The notes beneath the pieces are model-generated. The model was not told the origin of the DNA. It saw only the letters and a list, made by a program, of their open reading frames with translations, and searched no databases. A stretch of 64,000 nt of DNA, taken from NCBI GenBank assembly GCA_903813345.2, contig CAIIXF020000001.1:2356001-2420000 (forward strand). Direction: 5' to 3'. A program made the position numbers and the translations under genes. This DNA comes from Owenia fusiformis (taxonomy: Eukaryota). This document shows, in pieces, positions 24,801-38,419 of the stretch (positions within the stretch are counted from its first letter, which is position 1; each line of letters opens with the position of its first letter).

Positions 24801-27800
24801 TTAACTAATGTTTTTGTTATTTGCAGTGCCCCTGACTGGTGAGAAATGTACCAATTGCACTGTACACTACTCTGGAGGGAGACCAGATTCTAAGGATTTC
24901 ATACCTTTCCTGCCATTCTTCCTTAAGAATAACCCAGGGATAAAATGTGCAAAGGGGTATGTCACTTGTTTGGTTGTGGGTTTTGTTTGTTGTTTTGTTG
25001 TGTGTTATTTGATGATGTCATTGATGCCACAAAAAATCAAATATTAATAGTATACTGTAGATATACTTAATTTTGACGTTACTTAATTTGGCGGATTTGC
25101 TCAATTACAAATATTGGGGGCTATTTAATTTGCCAGATTCGGATTGAAGTTTAATTTGCCAGATTCCTCCAGTTTTATCTCTTTTGAAGCACACTGGAAA
25201 GCCTTTTTGTCTATATTAGTGTCTCTATGACATGTATTCAGTATTTACCAAGACATTGTCTGGAATTCTCTTGAAATAATGTAAAATTGGCATTTTGACA
25301 AAGGTTTTGGAAAATGAGGTCCGGTAGTTTAATTCTGGAAGTGCACTGCACAAACTGAAATTTCCTCAAGGATTTTCTAAAAATCTGAAAATTGGCGTTT
25401 TTTTCAGTCCGTCAATCCGTCAAAAGTAGCCAAATTAAGTGTATCTACAGTATTGTCTCTGAATTTTTTATGCATAATTTATTACAATGAGATTTTGTAT
25501 AAAATGTAGTCAATTGCCACCAGCATTATGTTTCACACACATACATAACAAATGTCGAGAAGAAATTAGAAGCAATGTGTTTGCTCTAACAGAACAATTT
25601 TATACATTTTAATCTCACTTTTCCAGAGGCCATGGAGCTTATGCAACTGCCGTAGAACTGAAGACAAAGTATACCCAAATAAACAGCACAAATTCAAGTA
25701 CAACTTCCATAGGAGCAACATATTTCATGACCTACCACAGTTTACAGAAAAACTTTAGAGATAATATTGAGGCATTGAAATATGCTAGGAAACTCTCTGA
25801 CAACATAACTGCTAGTATATTAGCTGAAAGATACCACAATATTACCCCAGGAACTGATAAAACATACAAGGTGTTCCCATACAGGTGAGTACTTACATTC
25901 TTAGAATATACAGAGTGGGCCAAAAGTAACCACCTGAGAAAAAGTTATGGATTCAATTATTTGTAGCTAATACTGTTGTTTATATACAGGCCTCAAAGCC
26001 ATTACAAATATGTCAATGCTCTGTCTTCAGTTTATGATCTAATTTCATGGAGGTGGGATGGGAGTGTCTATAAAAAGAGTCGATCCCGCCTGATGCCATT
26101 TTCTCTTGAGTTTGCTCACACTTGAACCAGATGAAATAACCAAAATGTTTACAAAATGTTGTTCCAATGATAATTTGATATGTTTGTCTAATAAGTGCAG
26201 TGTTTTCTATGATAAGTACTTTACCATTGTACTTAACACCATAAAATGTTAATATTATAAAGTAACAATTATAATGTTATATTGATGTGATATCTGTCTA
26301 TTATATTTCCAGTATCTTCTATGTATTCTATGAGCAGTACCTTACAATTGTACATGATACCATAATCAACTTGAGTACATGTGTTGGCTCCATCTTTGCC
26401 ATCTCATTCATTTGCCTGGGCTTAGATTGGTATTCATCCATTATCATCACCTTTGTGATTGGTTTGATACTGTTGTCTATGTTTGGCATGATGTTCCTGT
26501 GGAATATCTATCTCAATGCGATATCACTCATCAACTTGGTCACGGTGAGTTCATAGTGTAATTACATTACATTAAAAATAGGATGTTATTCTCAAATTGA
26601 AATTGATTTGAAAACATCATATTTTTAATAAGATAATAATTGTAAGATATTGGATATTGCAAAATTAATCCCATGCAAAGGGCTGTGCAAAAGTCAGTCC
26701 ATCCTTGTTAATTGGATGATAACCTTAATAGCTTTATTGATGTTCAGATATTGTACAGTCTATATATATTTTTTTATCCCACTGAACGAAGTTCAAGGAG
26801 GATATTGGAAAGCTGTCCATCCATCCGTCTGTCCATCCGTTCTCATTCATCCGTCTGTCCAGGCAATAGCTCAAATACCGATCGACGGATTTGATTAAAA
26901 TTTGAAAGGCTTATGCCTTATGGGTGTAAGACCTCTGCTGGAGAAGGAATTTTCAATATGGCCACTCAGTTCAAAATGGCCACCATTTTTCGTAAAAAAT
27001 GTAATCCATGATTACTCAATTACTAGTTGATGGATTTGGTTCCAATTTTATATGCTGATCCTAGTAACAAAGGAGCTTTTATTTAGAAGAGATTTTCAAG
27101 ATGGCTGCTGATTTTCAAAATGGCCACCATTTTCCCAAGAAAACATAATCTTTGATAACTCAAATACCAATAAATGGATTTCATCCAAATTTTATATGTT
27201 GATGCCTTGGGACACAGTTGCTCTGTTTGAGAAAACATGTTCTGTTCAAGATGGCGGCTGAATTTCAAAATGGCCTCTATTTTTTTCGTTAAAAACAAAA
27301 TATATGATAACTCAAAACCAAGTGTATGGATTTAGTTCAAATTTTATATGCTGAAGCCAAGGGACACTATTGCTCTGTTCCAGTATCAATTTTCAAGATA
27401 GCATCTGGATTTCCAAATGGCCGCCACTTTTCCCCAAACAAACATAATCTTTCATAACTCAAATACCAGTAAACGGATTTGGTTTCAATTTTATATGCTG
27501 ATGTCTAGGGACAAAGTAGCCCTGTTTGAGAGAGAATTTTCAAGATTGCAGCTGAATTTCAAAATGGCTGCCATTTTTTTAAAAATCCTTATACCAGTGA
27601 ACAGATTTGGTTCATATTTTATATGCTGCTACCTAGGGACAAAGGAGATCTACTTAATAGATTTTCAAGATGGCAACTATATTTAAAAATGGCCCAAAAA
27701 AATATTTTTATATGCTGCTACCTAGGGACAAAGGAGATCTGCTTAAGAAATTTTCAAGATGGCAGCTATATTTAAAAATGGCCACCATTTTTCGTAAACA

Positions 27801-30342
27801 AAACGGTGGCTGTTTTTCAAAATGGCCATCATTTTTCGTAAAAAATGTCATCTTTGTTAACTCAAACACCAGTTAACGCATTTGGTTTTAATTTTAGAAG
27901 CTCATATGCTCTGTTCAAGATGGAATTTTCGAGATGGCCACTAATTATCAAAATGTGTTTTGTTCAGTGGGATTTGCTACTCTGTGGAGTTGCAGTTTTT
28001 CTAGTTTATTAGCGTCAAACTTGTACCAGGGGTGATTTATGCTATGTTTGTTTTTTTTGCAGTGTGTTGGTATATCAGTTGAGTTCTGTTCACATTTAGT
28101 TCGAGCATTTGCGATCAGTGTGCATGAAACACGAGTGCTTAGAGCTAAACATGCACTGGCTCACATGGGAGGTTCAGTAAGTACTACCTGATTCTTCTGT
28201 ACACTTTTCAAATTCTGACCAACAATTTTTTGTACTTTTATCAAAATATCCAAAAGAGCTTGGTGCAAACCATAAACTTCATAAAATTAAGAATACCTAA
28301 ATCCCTTGTTGGAACTATGGATAAAATGACTTCACTGTAAGAGAACAATGAACTTTGGGAATTCTTAACTATACAAAGTTTCTGTTAATGCCTCACTTGG
28401 TCATTTTCAAATTCCCATTTCGTTGGTGCAGGCAAAATTTGCTGAATGGTGCTGCGATGACCACTTGACCTATACTTTTATATCATATTCATTTTATTGC
28501 AAATTTACATATCTGAAACAGTCATTTCATGAATTTTCTACTATTGAAAAATAATAATGAAATTAAAAACTATTTTTCAGGTGCTGAGTGCATTAATTAT
28601 GCTAGCTAGTATAATTGTTGTGCTTGTGTTAGCATGGTTGTGCTTGGAGTCACATGTTCAACTCTTCAACGTGTTTTATTTCCGAATGAACTTAGGAATG
28701 GTACTGTTTGGAGCTATGCATGGCCTTATATTCCTACCAGTATTATTAAGTTTCATAGGTGAGTGCAAAGATTTGTAATTTAAATGCTACATTGTAATTG
28801 TTTCATACTTTTGGTGATAAAGGTAAAGTTTCTGTGATAGCAAACTAAACAACATTTGTCCATGTAGCTTCTAATTGCTTATAAGATGCTAAGAACAGGC
28901 TTTGAGTACATTTATTTGATGAATGTACAAATGTACATAACATATGGTACTGTCTGGTCATCTTTGAATATACTATCATCAGATCTGTAAATCTGTATCC
29001 TCCGTCATCCTCCAACTGATGTAGCCTCCAACACATTGTGGAAAGATATTGTTTAGATCTTGGTTATTGGATACTGACTGATTACACTCTGTAGTCTGTA
29101 CTGACTACGCTCCTGCTAAATGAATGCATAAACATGAGATGACCATGTTCTAGCTGTGCATTATTTAGTTTCATCTATGTTTATTCTATTCAGAAAATGT
29201 TTGTTAAATGTTGGCCTTTAAAATATGCTGTTTGCTAAATGGGAGCCTTTAATATGTTGCAGGTCCTCCTATAAGTAAAGCCAGACTGTATCAAGCCCAA
29301 TATAAATACTCCAGGCTAGAGTAAGTCATATATTAAGCTTAATCTCCATTTCAGTTTCCTACTATTTTCATGTTTTCCATGTATTTCTGCATATAATAAT
29401 GTGTTTAATGCACCAAATGATGCATCTTTTAGTTTTGATCATCTTTTCTCTTACTTGAGCTTTTGCGTTGATAGTGACAGGTGGACAGTTTTGTAATTAA
29501 TATTCATTCAATTAATATTCATTTTTCATTAATATTTAATCTTTGGCACTTGGTAACTACTAATTGGTAACAAACCTGATGAAGGAATGATGGATATAAC
29601 TAATTCTTTCCTGATCAGCATACTACTGATTCTTTCTTTATTAAACCCCTCTCAGGTACCAACACAATAAAATGAGCTGTAATAAGAGTGTGTGGGGTTT
29701 AAGTCAGACTGCGGCTATTATTTCTCATAAAAAACAATCCTCATGCTTTATCAATAACATATAGTGCAACTTTCTCCAGCATGAAGCTGCAAACATTTCA
29801 GTTTTTACTCGGCTTACAACTTTTCGACATCACATTGTCTGACTTTAGCTTGAAGTTCTTGAACCTTCCATATTAACATATTTTTATCTTCTTATGAGGA
29901 TAAACAGTGTGAATTATAGTTTAATACTTGTTTAGAAAGCAGATGGTTTAAAAATAGATGAGAGTTTCTGAACAAAAACATGAATGAGATTAGAGGTATA
30001 TGTCTTTGAATTATGCTGTTGTACTGTTGCAGTGTTGTACCATCAGAAGTGGTGACATATTGTTATAGTCTGTAACAAATGACAGGTGGTGACATTTTGC
30101 ATGTTGATGCCTTGTATAAACATAAAGCAAATCTCTCTTCATAACAGGCCATGAAAGTAATAGTAAAAATGCATTTTCTTTTACACTTGCAGGGCCCCCG
30201 ATGAACCAAGCAAGGCTATTTGAGGCTTATCAGACAAAATCCAACAAACATAAGAGTGTCGTCAACAGATTTAGAAGAGAGAGAAGCCTTACTCAAAAGT
30301 GCTATCAACACTGATAGTGCAAAAAGATATGAGGCTATATGA
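3880..30342 (+). CDS. NPC1: NPC1-like sterol transporter, copy A (3' half only; upstream exons presumably lie before the window; diverged, possibly decaying)
   Basis: GT-AG exons with consistent phases: 3880-4020, 4328-4510, 5325-5439, 7855-7982, 10927-11064, 11886-11975, 13154-13341, 16710-16828, 24827-24956, 25627-25884, 26313-26544, 28063-28176, 28581-28758, then terminal exon 29263-29324 and/or 30193-30314/30342. Peptides [21 protein letters not shown] (SSD), [34 protein letters not shown] and [11 protein letters not shown] are NPC1 signatures. Exons match copy B one-to-one as far as copy B extends in the window. Confidence 0.9.
4609..5200 (+). mobile_element. HINE/pearl-like element (same family as 26770-28005)
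   Basis: ATCCCACCGAAC...GTTCGGTGGGAT IR, GTCC-like tract, AAAATGGC-rich repeats, 3' GCTACTCTGTGGAGT hairpin. Confidence 0.65.
5584..6072. mobile_element. TTAA-flanked (Kolobok-like) MITE carrying a tRNA-derived segment
   Basis: TTAA at 5580-5583 and 6073-6076. Imperfect TIR AGCTGGACTACGCTCCGAAACGCAAT / ATTGCGTTTTGGAGCGATGTGCAGGT. Absent from the copy-B intron. Confidence 0.75.
5862..5931 (+). pseudogene. tRNA-Gly-derived pseudo-tRNA / Pol III promoter
   Basis: A-box TGGTGTAGCGG, GGTAGAATCCTCGCC...CGGGAGGCCCGGGTTCAAATCCCG (tRNA-Gly-like D and T arms, B-box), followed by a T-run. Acceptor and anticodon stems do not pair properly. Confidence 0.6.
6162..7922 (+). repeat. 90-bp tandem array derived from an NPC1 3' splice site plus the first ~67 nt of the exon (19 partial units, then the real exon)
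   Basis: Exon-start copies at 6162, 6244, 6334 ... 7234, 7316, 7406, 7496, 7586, 7676, 7765 and 7855. The unit matches the single-copy junction of copy B at ~51013-51107. Confidence 0.95.
9270..10423. mobile_element. MITE with CCCT...AGGG ends, TA flanks and subterminal 23-bp tandem repeats (GCTGTCACAGCGCTCTCACAGCCC-type)
   Basis: TA|CCCTTA... / ...TAAGGG|TA; repeats at ~9289-9460 and ~10140-10405. Confidence 0.65.
13424..15945 (+). mobile_element. HINE-like element with satellite-like ~130-150-bp array (TGACCTT/AAGGTCA rich); relatives at ~12565-13090, ~51308-51915, remnants ~30045-30115 and ~46935-47030
   Basis: 5' TGTCACCACCAAAAGTGGTGACA hairpin, GGCGGTT/GGTGGTT tract, tandem TTCAAATCTGACTTTAGATTTGACATTTGACCTTCAATGACCTTCTCAAGGTCA units, 3' GGTGGTGACATTTTGTCATGTTAATGCC. 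Confidence 0.7.
17043..17232. mobile_element. Short MITE (similar elements at ~12218-12410 and ~40494-40755)
   Basis: CAGGCCTGTAGCCAGG ... CCGTGGCTACGGGCGTG imperfect TIRs with G/C runs. Confidence 0.55.
18598..19320 (+). repeat. Purine-rich ~80-bp tandem array (GAGCCA sub-motifs) inside the 5' LTR; same array at ~23800-24520 in the 3' LTR
   Basis: GAGCTGAACG recurs (minor variants) at 18674, 18753, 18833, 18913, 18993, 19073. Confidence 0.9.
19559..19576 (+). promoter_or_regulatory. Primer-binding site complementary to tRNA-Leu 3' end
   Basis: TGGTGGCAGCGGTGGGAT, 1 nt after the 5' LTR, is the reverse complement of ...AUCCCACCGCUGCCA-CCA of eukaryotic tRNA-Leu(AAG/UAG). Confidence 0.85.
19604..22705 (+). 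CDS. Gag-protease polyprotein (1033 aa): coiled-coil N-region, capsid-like domain, two CCHC knuckles, aspartic protease, basic S/R/K-rich tail
   Basis: [34 protein letters not shown] (retrotransposon gag), [14 protein letters not shown] and [21 protein letters not shown]...GILG. No YxDD, RNaseH or DDE motifs seen. Confidence 0.9.
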   Translation: MATSDTDTSRAMESKLQTDKERELELDGEKTVLFKGQQGGDYMTLDDTIPLEDMPTTDKQRRYLHLQSTGYWSGAEQQLLPNYATPPKGTHGINQPRTSTVEVRDSKMGEECSILQRELVSQQLQTTLLASNVKKQEEWLHELTMEQQRLRADLSQGLGSFQKELSLGLSSVHGALQAMAQALEQLRSSPEDVKSEHSHVSRLDRMEEASQVYQAHLEHPQKPVSQQSRLLYQKTMSTDEQTLSRNRERSPDECVQSPLESKHSRVDPQMMVKPVPGEAGGLLPPYLDQVGRAKQEQEAPFEQNSPVCSNWDKGTTYEEPPSTSQGMRFQAHLMEDRLHLEGGRQMLLRSSEQNQDIKPEAEDHNQTRNQETPNSPGCTTMGSVLQMAQRAIEICEKAVESSNAGKNGRIKPTQTFDGSLPWPEYKAYFQTCVENNNWTDKEKAQYLATNLRGDAQQIVLELESGYCYEDLLEALEKRFGPGGKADVYEAELCCRKRKPRESLQSLGQHIRRLTSMAYPEMSRDAQDRLARRSFEQAIPDEELRRAIHRKEPSTLDKSIEIALREESYQESERIRQGLKGRTKEQSICTVEEDSNEVAKLIEGLKKELLTEMKNLLKKEETPKSQVREGTRYPCRSCGERGHSMTTCSQTKCYNCNGLGHIATACPEPQRPRTESRFSNVSPIRFLTNNSVDLQPGSRPVVRKILADAKFCGTSMQFLIDSGAVRNMISIGSYHTIPPYRRPSLKPSSRVFIQADGSPLSTYGEISGEINIDGRATLFTAVVADIAQAGILGSEYMSTSGAVINFNKLEMILDDEAVLEQYHMQDEQTQTTSKKTSPKEWNKQMQSSSDGASPLLPLRRSKRNERRVTFSEVMGQNKKTRFDKNVNKEPRFRAEERENDKSEMKNQRESLADTDSLTVTKKRRGQLSRSQPGPRKHERAHNRNPPGKEYVRRSPRNEENNFRSFSYHKEPPRMSSSYQKNCHPKTSSYKGDFSKSSSRQKTRSSISAPLWSIPKSASKRQKDKEPQRADELFL
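25055..25450. mobile_element. TA-flanked MITE (related element at 35772-35995)
   Basis: TIR CTGTAGATATACTTAATTT / AAATTAAGTGTATCTACAG with TA on both sides. Confidence 0.7.
26770..28005 (+). mobile_element. HINE/pearl-like element with degenerate ~140-bp tandem units
   Basis: ATCCCACTGAAC...GTTCAGTGGGAT IR, 3' GCTACTCTGTGGAGTTGC, repeated TTCAAGATGGC/TTCAAAATGGC blocks. Absent from the homologous copy-B intron. Confidence 0.65.
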
Positions 30343-33300
30343 GAAAATATTGAAACTAGAAAATCAAAAGATAAAAAAACAGACTCTTATATACAAGGAC
30401 TGGTTCAACTTCCATTCTGAAATTTAAGAGCTAATTACCAAACTTTTATCAGGGACTGAAAACTGAAATTAAAACTTCATATTGATATAACTCGGATGTT
30501 TCACTGATCTGAAATAGAATCAATGAAATGGACAAATGCTGGAAGTGATATTCCCAGATAGATTTGTATCATGCCAAACATTGATCATTGACCAAATGAA
30601 GATCTTCATGATTCACAGTCATCCATTCTATAAACAGGGAACAGTGTATGAGCCACAATGTAGAGTACAATACTAGAGCACAATACCAGTGTACTAACCA
30701 TGTGCATGTGAACTTCAATACTAGAGTACAATACCAATGTACTGACTACAATGTAGACTAAAGTACTAGAATACAATACTAGTGCTTTAACTACAATTTA
30801 GACTACATACAATACTAGAGGACAATACCAGTGTACTTATTATGGTAAACTACAATACTGGAGTACAATACCTTAGTACTAAACCAAATCTGACCCATAC
30901 CCCATACAATTTAAGATGTGGACAATATGAAAGAGGTAAACTGCTTTTAATGGGATTATGCAAGCTTTCTAGCTCAACTAGTAAAGAAGAAATTTGGGCA
31001 ATTTCAGTTTTGCCTTGAAATATGTGGAGAGAGTTCAATTGAATTTTGATGATGCTTTCGGACATATGACATATGACATATGAAAATGTGCTCTGTCACA
31101 TTCAAACTGACTGCTTAGGAGCCACCATTTGTCCTCAGATAGTGATAATACCTAAATAAAGGCATTGAACTTCATTGCACATTTTTTACATTCCTCAGAG
31201 ACAATATTGATAAGTTTGAGATGCCTATGGTAGCTGTATTATTATTATGTACATATTATGCTTAGCATTATCATAGAGGCATGCTGTATCATTGATTATT
31301 CTTTACAAAAGTTGTATTTATTGTGTTTTAACTTCCTGACTATTTGGCACAATACTCAAAAATCTCCATAGCAATTTGTTCAGTGATATGCCCCTTTCAT
31401 TCTCTCTTCATGGTTTTGACCTGGTTCATATCCCGGGGTTCATATGTGTTGCTTCCTTACATTAATGATCGTAGAAACAAATTCAAAAAAGCATGTTATT
31501 GATATTAAAGATATTGTGTCAAAAATTGAAAGAAAGCAATTTCATCTTAATTTCAAGCGAGTGGCATCATTTTTCAGTGAGACCAGGTTTCCTTGGAATA
31601 AATGTCCACAGAGAGGTAGAAGAAATGCACTGAACAAAGTGTTATATATTCAGAAGCTGGCTATTGCTTGTCTTTATGTAAGCATTATTTTCTTTAAAAA
31701 ATGTAAATATGATTTCACTTTAGTATTTTTGTACATATGAATCGTTTTTATAAGAATAAATGTGGATTGGGAATGACTTCTGTGTGTGTATTATGATCTA
31801 CTTGATAAAACTGACATTTAAATAGAATCGAAACTTGTGTAAATACCTTGAATGAGCTACAGGTATGCAGTTTTGAAAAATCTACAATATTATCACCCCC
31901 CCTAATATATGTTAATGTGTAGAAGATGAATCTCACTTTATCATAAATTGCACAAAGCATTCTCAACACAGGCATATATTCTTCAGCAAAATTTCTACAT
32001 TACCAACATTTTATCTGAATAGTGGATAATTTATTTACAAATATGACAAATATTCAAGTGACATACCATCATCATACAAACATAAATGTTTTATTCATTT
32101 AAAAAGGGACTCTATGCATATTTTCAGCATTCTTTGGCAAAATACTTTCTTTCGAACTTCATAGTATTTCCAATGGATTGATAAGAACTTAATCTTTCAT
32201 TAGACACCAAAAGGAGCTGAAATGGTTCACATCAGAGCTTACAATAAATCATCAAAACATATTTTCAATCTGTCAAGTATATCAAGTTCTCACCAATGTT
32301 AATGAAAGATGGCAAAGTTATTTGTTTCACACGAGTCATTCAGTTTTGATAGAAGTGTCGCCAACTTTTCAGCCAAAAGTTATTTTAAAACATGCACTTT
32401 GTCAAAAGTGTGTATGCACTACTAATGATCTCTGAACTTCACATGCTGTTTTTTAAGTTAGATATATTTTTTTCTCACTTCAATATTAATGCATATCAAG
32501 CTTTGTATCATATTTGATTGAGTGTCTGAGTAACATGTTTCAATGATTATGTGACCTTTTTTTCTTTGAAACTCAGCATAGTGCCCCATTAACAATTCAG
32601 CATTTTCTATACATCATACTTAAAAAAATATTCTGCCTCTCTTGTATATATGTTTATGAAATTTTTGAATATTACTTTTTAAATGTAGAAATCATTTTAT
32701 TTAGTTATTCGTGAGCAGTTGTGACTACTGTAATCATGCAATGCTACAATATGTCAATAAAAAAGTTATATTATTTTATTGGTTTATTATAGTTTTATAT
32801 TATTTTACAAGTACTATATTCCCTTTAAGAAATAGGTTCATAAAGATGTGAAGAACAACATATTAATTTGCAAAATGTTTTGCCATGTCATAACTGATTC
32901 AGTTACAGTCAGTCTCACAACAGATTCAAACCTCATCATTTAGTCCAGCTAGCTACAAGCTCCAGCCCCATTACAAATCTCCCAAATGGTGGTGAAGTAG
33001 ATGAGAGGGTCCAGAGACTTGAAAATACATGTAGGGTTTTCACAAATATCTTTGTTAACACGCATCTGAACATGTACTTTACTTTGTGCTGTACATATGA
33101 GAAATAATGTTATCTACATAATATCTATCCATTTGTGATAATCCTGGAATGGATTCACATTTTTCAAATATTGTACAAATAGGTGAAACTGCATACATGT
33201 ACTTCATTACATAGTAATACATATCACCCCGATGTTATCATTCTAGAGATCTTTTTTATCAAGCCTATACATGATATTTATATGAAACAAATACATAATG

Positions 33301-33676
33301 TGAATATCTAACTCGAGCTGCTTTATCTTCAATTTTGATTGTCTTTATTTTATTGAGACAGCTTGTCTCTTATCAGACTGTCCCCATTCAACTTCCATTC
33401 AACAAGTTTGAATTGTAGTCTGTTATTTTTCAATTATGTGTCAGCAGACACAATGAGAAGCCAATTCTGTGAGATTACGTGATGACAAAACTGGTGCACA
33501 TCGAGGGGTTGCTGGTTCTGTTAGTGTTTATTATTTGAATAATGAATCAAACTGAAGAGCTATCGCTCACCACATATAGTGGTAAACAACTGAATGAGAC
33601 ATTACACAATGAATTCCAAAATGGGTATGATCCAAGTTATGTTTGGATTCCACTAATTGCCTTTTTATTTTGGTTC

Positions 33677-37981
<4,305 letters not shown>

Positions 37982-38419
37982 TTTGCTTTTTTGCAAAGTC
38001 ACATGACCGTTTCACTAGATAGAAGATTTACCCTACAGAAATCAATCGAAACACAAATAAATAAGTAACTAAATTACAAATATTCATACAAATAAAAATA
38101 CAAATATCCTTTTTCTTTACATTTAATAATTTTTATACATGAACCATGAATTTTTTCCGTGCGGGTTTTAAATATTCAGCTTTTGATTACTAATACCACG
38201 CCATATTCTAGATGCACCCTCACCCCATGTTTGGATGAGTCGCTCAAATCAGTAATCAAACACTTGTTTTTGTAGGTATAAAGTGTAATTAATTAGATTT
38301 TGATAACAAGTAGGTGTACTTCCTACTCTCACAACAACAACACATTTATAAGGACTACATATGAGGACAAACATTGGAGTACAATCACAAGATCCATTCA
38401 AAATCTTAAAAAAGAAGTC
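37982..38419. promoter_or_regulatory. Putative bidirectional promoter region between the PEF gene and NPC1 copy B, with a CLEAR/M-box-like site
   Basis: Divergent ATGs 438 bp apart; GTCACATGAC at 37998-38007; ETS/GABP-type CCGGAAGTG nearby at 37778-37786. Confidence 0.5.

Noticed and set aside
30650-30885. Degenerate TACAATACTAGAG tandem repeat downstream of copy A
   Set aside because: Ordinary decayed minisatellite with no supporting structure.
32750-32790. Convergent overlapping poly(A) signals of NPC1-A and the PEF gene
   Set aside because: AATAAA/TTTATT are present but are expected by chance in such AT-rich DNA; needs 3'-end data.
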